From assembly GCA_009602725.1 (NCBI GenBank), contig WELB01000005.1, forward strand, positions 1,271,655 through 1,306,210: 34,556 nucleotides of DNA, read 5' to 3'. Below, one piece after another: positions 23,997 through 34,556 of the stretch (position 1 is its first letter; the number at the start of each line of letters is the position of its first letter). Made by a program: the position numbers and the translations under genes. Origin of the DNA: Spirogloea muscicola (taxonomy: Eukaryota). A model generated the notes under the pieces. The model was not told where the DNA came from, searched no databases, and saw only the letters and a program-made list of their open reading frames with translations.

Positions 23997-24440
23997 CTGG
24001 TCGATGTGTAGGGTCTTATATATACAAGCTCTTCAAGAGGCGGCATGCACACTCAAAATGAGGACGGGTCGACTAGAAGAATGAGTAGCCCACATGAAGC
24101 CATGCGCAGTGCATAGAGACTAGTCACACAGTATCACGTCTTGCCAAGTCAAGTGTGGTAGGGAGTAGCCCATGTGACGCCATCAACAGTCCATAGAGGC
24201 CAGTCACACAGTATCAACAAAGTGTGCAGTCCAAGTGTGCAGTCCATAGCATGCAGTATGACTGCATGCTAGCATGCTAGCATGCAGTCATACTGCAAGT
24301 CTGGTCAATGTCTAGGGCCTCATACATCCAAGCTCTTCTAGCGGCGGCATGCTCACTCTGAGCGATGACGTGTTGATCAGAAATATGAGTAGCCCATGTG
24401 AAGCCATTAGCAGTCCATAGAGTCCATAGCCAGTCCAACA
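23997..24440. repeat. Diverged direct repeats between convergent genes (about 23997-24136 and 24301-24440), with an extra subunit at about 24163-24216
   Basis: ctggtc(g/a)atgt(g/c)taggg...caagctcttc..g.ggcggcatgc.cactc recurs at 23997 and 24301. gagtagccca..tga.gccat...cagt.catagag recurs at 24083, 24163 and 24387. Confidence 0.85.
24252..24297. repeat. Perfect 46-bp palindrome
   Basis: tgcagtatgactgcatgctagcatgctagcatgcagtcatactgca equals its own reverse complement. Confidence 0.95.
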
Positions 24441-24798
24441 GCGTGTCGTAAGTGATGCATACACAGATTGAGCAACACTAGCGAATGGTTGATACAGCTC
24501 AATATATCTGCATTATTAGTGTAAAGCTTTGCTGGCGACCATTGCAACAATGCCACGGTTGACGGCCGTAGAGGGAAGGAGAACAAGAAAGCAATGGCAA
24601 AAGGTGAAAGACACCTTGAAGGAGTCTAGCAGATCTTGCAGGGCACAAGGGAGTCAGGCTGTCCCAGCGAACCATGTCTAAGAAGGTCGAGTAAGTAGCC
24701 ACATAACGCATGTGCAGGACCAGAGGAGGATGAGCCAAATTACGAGGAAGACAATGAGGACATGGCACCCAAGCATTATTAGCAAGTTCAGCTGGGGC

Positions 24799-27700
24799 TC
24801 AAGTGAAAATTGTGACAACGTCCCGCCGATAGCCGCGGACCATGAGCAAGCGTGGAATGCCATCCACAAGAAGGTCCATGTATTCCATGTAGCAGTATGA
24901 CGGGTGGTGGTGTGGGGGAGGGGGGAGGGAAACAAGCACCACCGCAGCCGCGCGTGAATACCGCATGATGATTGAGTTGAGCTTGATGGCCGTGTATATG
25001 AACTTGTTTACTTTCTCCTCGGACACGGACCGGTACTCCAGTTGCTCGTCGCTGGCACTGCCCTCAGACATGTTGCCTACATGTGCCATGATTCGCTTTC
25101 GTGCCTGCATGTGGCAACCTCATATTGATCAACAATCCCTCCAAGTCTCAACCACCACAATGTCCCAAAATATGTCTGATAAGCTCTTGGAAATCAGCAC
25201 AGGAACTACTGCCAAAATGGGCTAAGCTTTGAGGCCGAGGCCAACCTATGCGGCTGCATATTCGTGACCCCAACAGACGACAGTGCGGGCCACAAAGACC
25301 TCTGAATGAGGGATTGGAACCTGCCAACCTTTGAGAAAGCCTCCACAGTTCCAGCACGAGCTGGATCTGCTTCTTGGTCCTCCTTGTGCTCCTCCCACGA
25401 CTTCATCGTCACCACGATGACCTCTGCTTGCATTCTCAGGTCGTACAGAAATTTCCGTACATCTCTGCAGCATCAACCTTGCAACTCTATTAGGCATCAG
25501 GCGCGGGTAGGCAATATCGAAGCTGATCACAAGTCAGCTAGTCTTAACAGACATCAGGGAACCTTGGTATCCTCGTTTAGCTGGACCACGAATTGAGTTA
25601 CTGAAGCAATAAAAAAGTACATCTACATGCTCATCGTGACAGTGTAGATGCCAGACAGAGAGAAGCACAGGCCGGGCTTTCTAGGCATTAAAGCTTTGAC
25701 CCTTAGAGCTTGCGTACCTTGTGAATTCCTCTGCTTCTGAGTCCTCATCTGCTATGCAGAAGACCTGGATGCGGCAGCTCTCAAAGCTTTCCTTAGCTCT
25801 AAGAAGCTGGGAAAGGAGGAGCATGATGCCACCGTCTCTGACTATCCAATATAGATCAATTGTGCCATACTGCTTCTGAAATTCTCCTGGCCACTCATCC
25901 AGCCCTTTGACAATGACGCAGGCCTGCACAGCTCAAGGGATGCAGTATTGTTACTCACAACCAAGACAGAGGCTGCTAGAAATATGTAACAAGCAACAAG
26001 ACAGAGACTGCTAGGTATATGTCAGCTATTGAAGCAGCATTGCCAGCTTCAAAGTCATTTAAGCAACCCACGTCAGCTCAGATGAGAAAAGTGCTTCAGG
26101 AGACTGAGCAAAGATGTAATGAGCTTGAAGATTCTGTTTCTGTCACAGCTTTGCATTTTTTACCTTGTTAGCAACCGAGCAGTCATTTATAATGGAGACA
26201 AAAGTGTCCGGAATGTGCTTATTATGCCCCTCCCCTTCATTTCTCCAAATCTCAGGGTACCTCAGGCAAACGATATTGGGCTTGAGATTGGCTAACCCCA
26301 TGCACTGGACGATGGCCCTAAAGCCATCTCGCATGTCAGGAGCAACAACAACCTCAGCAACCCCTTCGCAATTCTTATAGTCGATGTACGTTGCCAAAAG
26401 CCGGCTGGCATGACGGCTTTCCTCCACTTTGTCCCTGCATCACACAGAGTATGAAGAGTGTCATTAAAGTATCACATGCTTATCTATCTGTTTAAGCAAT
26501 CCATAACATGCCAGCGTTAGCACCACGACAATCACCAATTGCATGGATGACATGACTCTAGGGCAATGCAGCTTCACTCCATAGCAAACTCCAGAGGGCA
26601 GGAAGAAGACAACAGAACCTCTCAACAATGGCCCTAACTAGCGGTGAGACATCAAGATTCTGCCAATTGCTTACTTGTAAGGCCCTTCTAGGATGCTCAC
26701 AAACAGGCTCATCCCACGACCCTTTTTCTTCATGCAGTTTGCAAAGTCAGCAAGCTTTGGGTGGCACGGCACATCCTGGGGAAGGATACCCCAAGGCTTG
26801 CAGAAAATGAGGGGTATCGGGTACCAATTCTTGGGGTGCACGGCAGTGGCTGTGCAACAGAAGACAGACAGACAACTTATCAGAATAATTACAACTCAAC
26901 AACTCTACATGCACGGAGCAACTGCTCATGCCTGGTTCCAACGAAATGAGCTTCACCTCCAAGAGATCTCAATGATCGCAGGGCCAGTTGAAAATAAGCA
27001 GACTTAAAACCATCCCCCCAATCACCCGCTTTCCCCTTCTTGCCAACATAGTAGTAGATAAGAGCAGCAAGCGCCAACGACACAATGGTGAAGCCCCAGG
27101 AAATCATGAACATGATGACTGCAAACAGGAACATATGGACAGATAGAGTTGGGCATGAGGATGTGAGAAGCTCGAATTACATATCATCTAAGGCTTGCAG
27201 CCTCTTTGTGTACATACCTAAGTGCACAAGGATACCCAAGGGTGAAAGCAAGGAAGGGACTGGCAGGATAATGAAGCAAATTAAGCAAATTAAGAAAGGC
27301 GACCACAAGTTCTCTGATCACGATTTATTTCCTGTTGATGAGTCAGCAACTCGAGTAATGAAATCACAGCATTACTGGTCTTCACAGAGTGCTCACCAAT
27401 ACATAGGATGGCACCAGCAAGAGAAGCAGCCCAATGGTGCCATTTCCAGCGAGGGCGCCAGCTAGGAGCATCAAGGAGGTCCAAGAGAAAGCAGGACAAA
27501 TTAACGCCACAATAACAGAGAAGGAAAAACATGGTGATGACAGGAGTGATGTAGTCCAGGTTGCCAATCACAACACAACCACAGCAGATGAGCATGGTGA
27601 ATAATGTAGCCACGTTTGGCTCGGTGCCATCTGGAGCCTGCAGATTACCAAGAACATAAGAAAATATAACACCTGACGTATTTGTATTCACTGGAGGCTA

Positions 27701-30700
27701 AAACATCACAAGGTATGTCACAAGCGTCACAAGGCCTCCTCTGTTGACAAAGCATTACAGCCAAAGAACTACTAAGGAGCAATGGGCATGACCAGCTTGG
27801 AAGTACCTTGCACCAGTTCAGTAATGGTAGGATGTCATCATTTGCAATTGCAGCAAGTAGACGAGGGGCACCAGTGAGGCTTTGCAATGCTGCACCTAGG
27901 GTTGACAGGATGATGCCAACTTGAACTACACCTGGAACTGGCCAAGCAAGAGTAGCGAGTAGAAGCCTGCAGGTAGTTACAAGAAAGCAACAACCGTCAG
28001 CCAAGATGCAAGAGGTCTTGGGCAAGGCGACACAAGCCTACTCCATGAAGCAGTCAGCATCTGAGGTCAATAATATTGACAACCATGAAATACGTAGGTA
28101 GTGATGCAATCCCATGTCCTGGTAAGAAGTGGTGGCTGTCATACTGCTGAGGAACTGTCTTGACAGCTACTTCTGAGACCAGTATGCATGCTAGTCACCT
28201 GTCTGTCAGAAGTACCTCACGGACAGAAACAGCCCCAATCAAAAAAGTAGAAACGACATAAAGGACAGTGGAGGCCCCAATTGCTGAAAGAGTGCCAGTT
28301 GGAATGGCCTTCTGAGTATCTCGCAGCGAGGCGGACCGATTTGAGCCAGCCATGATACCCGTGACAGCAGGGAAGAAGAGGCCCATGAGCTCACTGCAGA
28401 AGTGACAAGGGGGAAACAAGTTCTTAGCAATGAAGGTCATACTCACCGATCTACCAGAAGAACCTCACGTGTAGCGACAGCTCCAATGATGAAGACTGAG
28501 ACGACGTAGAGCACAGTTGTGCAACCAATTGCTGACAAAGTCCCCACAGGAATAGATGTCTGGGTATCACGAAGAGATGCGGAACGATTTGACCCAGCCA
28601 TGATGTCTGTCACAGCTGGGATGAAGAGGCCCAGCAAGGCACTGCAGTGGTTTAACAGTTTACTATCAGACTCCTTGACCATGGCGCCTCGTTTAAAATG
28701 GGAGTTGGTCACATGACCAGTGTCTAGTAAGCTTAAAAGCAGTGTATGCTCACTTGAACCCCCAATAGAAGCTGCCATTTGGGGAAGGTATGCCAGCATG
28801 GTTGGTCTTCTGATAGGCAGAGCCCCAGTTGCTTTTCAAGGTCTTCCACCTCACACCCGTGACACCATCTGCATGAATGCAATAGAGCAGGTAATCAAGT
28901 CACTGAATACCAACATAGTCGCCCTGCAACACGGTAAAGAAGGCCATGCGGTTATAGCAATTGTTTCTTCTTTGAAGCTAACGAGATCCATCTGAGCTTT
29001 GACAAATTGGACACACACTAAGAGCCACGCTTACCCGGTTGACTGCCTCGTGGTGAGTCGAACATGCCAACAAAAATGAGCACTATTGTGATCAGCACTG
29101 GCACCAGGAAAAGTGGTCCAAGTTTGGCAAGTATCCTGACTCCCCCAAAGACCACCAAGCAGAGTATCACTGTGACAATAACTCCATAGACCTGCATGTC
29201 ATGTTGATTCACAACCTTAACAAGCTCTGGCGCGCCAGATGGGGCCATCATCTGTGCAGAGGAGGGCGCCTGAGCAATGTAATCAACATTCCCTGCACAG
29301 GTTGTGAGATCCATGTATAAGCGATGCAGAAATAACTACGAAATGTCACTCTCTTGCCCTCACGTGGCCTAAAGGGCAAGACTTTCTTTCTGACATCAGA
29401 TATTGAGAGCATGCAAGCAGGCAGGAGGAGGGGCCGTCCAACAAGCTTACTTCCAAAGAGACTCATCCCTGGGAGGGCAGTTAGTGCAGTCTCCACTGCT
29501 CCGAGCACGTACCTGGTAAGGCAGGAACAAGCTTGAGACATAGTGCAGATCTTCATTAGGCCAGATCCGTGAGCTGCTATATTGCTTAGGAATCAAGGAT
29601 TTGATTGCGACCATGTGTTGCGCAATATTGCTGCCTACTTTTTAACAAAGCAGGCTATTGCTTTTCTTCAGTAGAGTAGGCTTACAGAGCGGCCGCAACT
29701 GCATTCCCCAGAAAGAAGCACAGGCCTATGCTTACACCAACTTCAGGCCCTAAAGCTCTCCCAATAAGATAGTAAGGTCCTCCACCCTGATATCAAAGGA
29801 GACATTCTTTGAGAATTACTTGAATATACGCAGTACATTGTGTGCAGGGCCTAATGAACCCCAACAAAAGCATGTGCCTAACTCTATCCTTCTCCTCAAC
29901 AAGAGGGCCAGTAGTAGTGCTTCACCTTCATGGCGCCATTGGTTGCAATAGCACTGAGGGATATCCCTGTGAGGAAAGTGCAGCAACAGCACAGCAAGAC
30001 CAGGAGAAGTGCTTGTCCTACTCCTGCAATGCCGACGATCCTGAATGCCCAACAAACATAGGTGTCACCTCTTGACCGCCGGACTCACTTCAGTCCAGCT
30101 ATGCCAGTAGACACTTAGTCCTTGACAGCGCGGTTATCAGCTCTCTAGATTTCTGGTCAAAGAAATAACGAGGACAGGTGGCTGCAACTTTCACCTTGCA
30201 CAAAAGAGAGCCTCACCATGAAAATCTGATGTAGTATATAATGCCCAGAATGTTCTGGAAGCATGGTATGAAGACTCCCATCAGTGTCCCCAGCTTCTGA
30301 GTCTTCTTCTCCTGCCCATGGTGGAACAAAGAGCTACAATCACTTCCGAGTAGATGTAGCGCTTCTCGCTGGTATTTTGGACTGCTTAGTGGCGCTCAGG
30401 GAGAACAGAAGCTCAAGAAACTAGCGGTGTGTCAAACAGGCAGCACAACTCTCCACGAGAAAGGATGAATGACTGACTCTTGCTGCTCCTCCTAGTGTCA
30501 CAGGGACGTCCTCCATGCCTTCTCGAGGACTGAAGTTTCCAGTTCCTCGACCAGCCATGCTGACACATGATTTGAGAATTCCAATATCAGCGAGGGAATT
30601 TAGCCTAGTCCAGTGACACCAATCTTGCTAGATGAAGAGAAGCCAGTACAAGCTTGTAAGGCACAGGACGATTGAGCTTGTCCTTGCTCCACCTATGCCA

Positions 30701-31426
30701 GAGCAACTTGCATCGACTTGGTACCTAGATTCAATACCTCTTAAGTCCCATCACATCAACGAGTGGGTCGCACTCAAAGAGCTCCATCTTTGAATCTCGC
30801 TCTGCGCGATCGAAGATGGATTCCTCGATGCCACTTTCTGAGCTCAATCTCCTCTGCTTGCTAGACCTGCCATGAGAAAGGGATCGACACATAGCCTGCA
30901 GTCAGCCGCTTGGACTTGGCAAACCTATGGCGAAAGCCAAGACGACCTGTCTAAGCTGAGCGCACCCTACCCTATCTGCAGCTGTCAGAGCTGTATACTC
31001 TCATTCCTCCTTTGTCATGACAACGCAGGCCAGAAAGCAGAACTAGTTGTACGCAACATGCACACAATTCACTCGACAAGACAGAGCAGGTTGATATAGG
31101 TCAGCAACTGGCAGATCACTTGCCAGTTATGTACTGCAGCATACTGCAGAGAGATAGCTGTCAGGTGCGCTTGCACGAGGCAAGGCGCCCTGACCGAGAG
31201 CACGCTGGTCCTGCCAAGACACGCGGCCCGGGGGCACACTTGAGGGGGAGGCAGGGTCGCACCTGCTCCCCGCATCGCTGTGAGCGCCGTCCGCCCCTCT
31301 CGGGCTCGGCGCATCCTCCGAGAGATCCACGGTGCTCATCTCCAGCGCCACATGCTCGTGCTCGCCGTCGGCGCGGCCGTTCGTCTCCTCGGGCGGCACC
31401 AGGGGGCCGCCGCCGTCGTCGGCCAT
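24799..31426 (-). CDS. CCC1: Cation-chloride cotransporter (SLC12/plant CCC1-like), complete; exons 31426-31263, 30866-30738, 30559-30478, 30311-30217, 30040-29926, 29786-29686, 29512-29451, 29292-29035, 28868-28754, [28641-28447 or 28393-28199], 27966-27807, 27637-27397, 27118-26957, 26849-26675, 26434-26164, 25923-25718, 25464-25329, 25104-24799
   Basis: [115 protein letters not shown] and [12 protein letters not shown]. Intron phases are consistent throughout. Confidence 0.96.
28199..28393 (-). other. CCC duplicated exon B (195 nt, TM6-TM7 region), putative mutually exclusive exon
   Basis: ctgcag|...|gtgact, phase 2-2. Encodes [35 protein letters not shown]...REVLLTD. Confidence 0.88.
28447..28641 (-). 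other. CCC duplicated exon A (195 nt, TM6-TM7 region), putative mutually exclusive exon
   Basis: ctgcag|...|gtgagt, phase 2-2. Encodes [35 protein letters not shown]...REVLLVD. Confidence 0.8.
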
Positions 31427-31729
31427 GGCGGCGGGCGGCACCCCGCGCCCCCCGCCGCCCTCCCCGCCGCCTCCGCGCTATCCGACGCCTCAGAACAGCA
31501 GTCCCGGATGGTAATGCCCGCCGCCTTCGTCGCCGAATCTCCGCGGGGCGTCGCCGCCCTGCACTGCGTCGGCCGGGCACCGGACGCCGCCTGGCCGGCC
31601 CTATCCGACGGCTGCCGCAACGGCGGGAGGATCTGTCTCGGCGCGCGTTGAAGCGCGCGGCACTGGCGGCGGCGGCGGCGGCGGCGCGCGCGTCAGCGTC
31701 GGCGTTGAAAGGCGAGGAGAACGGGCAGN

Positions 31730-34310
31730 TTTTCAAAGTCTTCCACCTCACGCCCGTGACACCATCTGCACGAATGCGTACAGCAGATATTTAAAATCAC
31801 TGCGTATCAACAGAGTCGCCCTAGGATACCTGCAACATGCACAAGAAGGCCACCTAGTAATAGCAGTGAATCTTGAAGGTAACAAGAACTATCTGAGCTT
31901 CCATAAAATGGACTCGCACTAAGAGCCACGCTTACCCGGTTGACTGCCTCTTGGCGAGTCGAACATGCCAACAAAGATGAGCACTATTGTGATCAGCACT
32001 GGCACCAGGAAAAGTGGTCCAAGTTTGGCAAGTATCCTGACTCCTCCAAAGACCACCAAGCAGAGTATCACTGTAACAATGACTCCATAGACCTGCATGT
32101 CATGTTGATTCACGACCTTAACAAGCTCTGGCGCGCCAGATGGGGCCATCATCTGAATGGAGGAGGGCGCCTGAGCAATGTAATCAACATTCCCTGCACA
32201 GGATGTGAGAGACTTGTTTATAGGTAATGCAAAGTGACTACAGATATCACTGTCTTGCCCTCATGTGGCCTGAAGGGCAAGACTTCACTTCTCGACATCA
32301 GTTACTGAGAGCATGCAAGCAGGCAGAAGGAGGTGGCGCCCAACAAGCTTACTTCCAAAGAGACTCATCCCTGGGAGGGAGGTTAGTGCAGTCTCCACTG
32401 CTCCAAGCACGTACCTGGTAAGGCAGGAACAAGCTTGAGAAAGAGCACAGATCTTCATTAGGCCAGATCAGTGAGCTGCTATATTGCTTAGGAAACAAGG
32501 ACCTGTTTGCAGCCATGTGTACCGCAACATTGCTTTGCCGCCATTTTTCTTATGAAACAGGCTATTGCTTTCCTTCAGTAGAGGAGGCTTACAGAGCGGC
32601 TGCAACTGCATTCCCCAGAAAGAAGCACAGGCCTATGCTGACACCAACTTCAGGCCCTAAGGCTCTCCCAATGAGATAGTAAGGTCCTCCACCCTGATAT
32701 CAAAGGAGACATTCTTTGAGATAACTAAAATACACGCAACACATTGTGTGCAGGGCCTAATGAGCCCCAACAAAAGCATGTGCCTGACTCTATCATTCTC
32801 CTCAACAAGAGGGCCAATAGTAGTGCTTCACCTTCATGGCGCCATTGGTTGCAATGGCACTGAGGGATATCCCTGTTAGGAAAGTGCAGCAACAGCACAG
32901 CAAGACCAGGAGAAGTGCTTGTCCTACTCCTGCAATGCCAACAATCCTGAATACCAAGAAATAGGTGTCACCTCTTCACTGCAGGACTCACTTCGGTTTA
33001 GCTATGCCAGAAGGCGACTAGTCCTTGACAGCAGCAATCTACATTTCTGGTCAAGAGAACAACGAGGAAAGGTGGCTGCAACTTTCACCTTGCCCAAAAG
33101 AGAGCCTCACCATGAAAATCTGATGTAGTAGATGATGCCCAGAATGTTTTGGAAGCATGGTATGAAGACTCCCATCAGTGTCCCCAGCTTCTGCGTCTTC
33201 TTCTCCTGCCCATAGTGGAACAAGGAGCTACAATCACTTCAAGTGTTTGTAGTGCTTTTCGCTAGTTTTTGGACTGCTTAGTGGCACTCAGGGTGAACAG
33301 AGGCTCTAGAAACCAGCTGTGTGTCCAACAGGCAGCACAACTCCAGACAAGGGAGGATGATGACTGACTCTTGCTGCTCCTCCTAGTGTTACAGGGACGT
33401 TCTCCATGCCTTCTCGAGGACTGAAGCTTCCAGTTCCTCGACCAGCCATGCTGACACATGAGCGATGACATTTCGATATGAGCGAAGGAGATTAGCCTAG
33501 TCCATTCACACCAGTGCACTCTACTAGATGCAGAGAAGCAAGTACAAGCTTGTAAGACACAGGACGAAGGAGCTTGTCCAAGATCCACCTATGCTAGAGC
33601 AACTTGCAACAACTTGGCACCTAAGCTCAGTACCTCTTGAGGCCCATCACATCAACGAGTGGGTCGCACTCAAAGAGCTCCATCTTTGAATCTCGCTCTG
33701 CACGATCGAAAATGGATTCCTCGATGCCACTTTCTGAGCTTAATCTCCTCTGCTTGCTAGACCTGCCATGAGAAGGGGATCCACACCTAGCCTGCAGTCA
33801 GCCGCTTGGACTTGGTATACTTGTGGCGAAAGCCAAGACGACCTGTCTAAGCTGAGCGTACCCTAAGTCTTTGCAGCTGTCAGAGCTGTATACTGTATTC
33901 CTCTTTTGTCATGACAACGCAGGCCAGAAAGCAGAACTCGATGTACGCAACATCCACTCGACGAGACAGAGCAGATTAATACTGTAGGTCAGCATCTGGC
34001 AAAACTACTCGCCATTGTCTTGCAGACTACTGCAAAGAGGTAGCTGTCAGGTGCGCTTGCAAGAGGCAAGGCGCTCTGAGCGGGAGCACGCTGGTCCTGC
34101 CAAGACGCGCGTCCCAGGGGCACGAAGGAGAGGGAGGCAGGGGTCGCACCTGCTACCCGCATCACTGTGAGCGCCGTCTGCCCCGCTCGGGCTCGGCGCA
34201 TCCTCCGAGAGATCCACGGTGCTCATCTCCAGCGCCACATGCTCGTGCTCCTCGTCGGCACGGCCGTTCGTCTCCTCAGGCGGCACCAGGGGGCCGCCGT
34301 CGTCGGCCAT
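31730..34310 (-). CDS. CCC1: Second CCC1-like copy, 5' part only, cut at N31729; exons 34310-34150, 33762-33634, 33450-33369, 33205-33111, 32946-32832, 32693-32593, 32414-32353, 32193-31936, 31765-31730
   Basis: Exons 2-8 have the same lengths as in copy 1 (129, 82, 95, 115, 101, 62, 258 nt). Splice sites are intact, most changes are synonymous, and introns and upstream DNA align with copy 1. Confidence 0.9.
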
Positions 34311-34556
34311 GGCGGTGGGCGGCTACCCCGCACCCCCCGCCGCCCTCCCCGCCGCCTCCGCGCTATCCGACGCCTCAGAACAGCAGTCCCGGGTGGTAAT
34401 GCCCGCTGCCTTCGTCGCCGAATCTCCGCCGAGCGTCGCCGCCCTGCACTGCGTCGGCCGGGCACCGGACGCCGCCTGGCGGGCCCTGATCCGACGGCTG
34501 CCGCGACGGCGGGAGGCTTCGTCCCGGCACTGAAGCGCGCGGCGGCGGCGGCGGCG

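Noticed and set aside
24083..24420. CRISPR-like array
   Set aside because: Three divergent copies with irregular spacing, eukaryotic context and no cas genes.
31120..31794. Arg/Pro/Ala-rich ORFs over the GC islands (also 336-895, 6930-7490, 18224-18660, 34219-34533)
   Set aside because: Off-frame or antisense shadows of real exons and GCC repeats in stop-poor sequence.
31730..34310. Calling CCC copy 2 a pseudogene
   Set aside because: No stops or frameshifts seen, and the truncation coincides with an assembly N.

Overview
Eukaryotic, intron-rich (GT-AG) draft genomic scaffold. The plant-like proteins and exon structures suggest a streptophyte green alga (inference). Spliced by hand, it holds: a 6-exon gene for a bacterial-type 3D (Asp-Asp-Asp, MltA-like) domain protein (+); a MESD-like ER chaperone (-); an SF2/ASF-type SR splicing factor (+); a PrmA-type L11 methyltransferase (-, 5' end missing); an unidentified hydrophobic gene fragment (+); a DUF1350 alpha/beta-hydrolase-like gene (+); diflavin reductase ATR3/NDOR1 (+); a complete cation-chloride cotransporter CCC1-like gene (-); and a second, closely similar CCC copy cut by an assembly break. 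Gene 5' ends are GC/CpG islands with (GCC)n repeats, and all N gaps lie in or beside them. The best leads are a pair of equal-length duplicated CCC exons for the ion-binding TM6-TM7 segment that look mutually exclusive (one has G->D in the Cl- site motif), and the intron-containing peptidoglycan-hydrolase-like 3D gene. Exon coordinates are manual predictions without transcript data.
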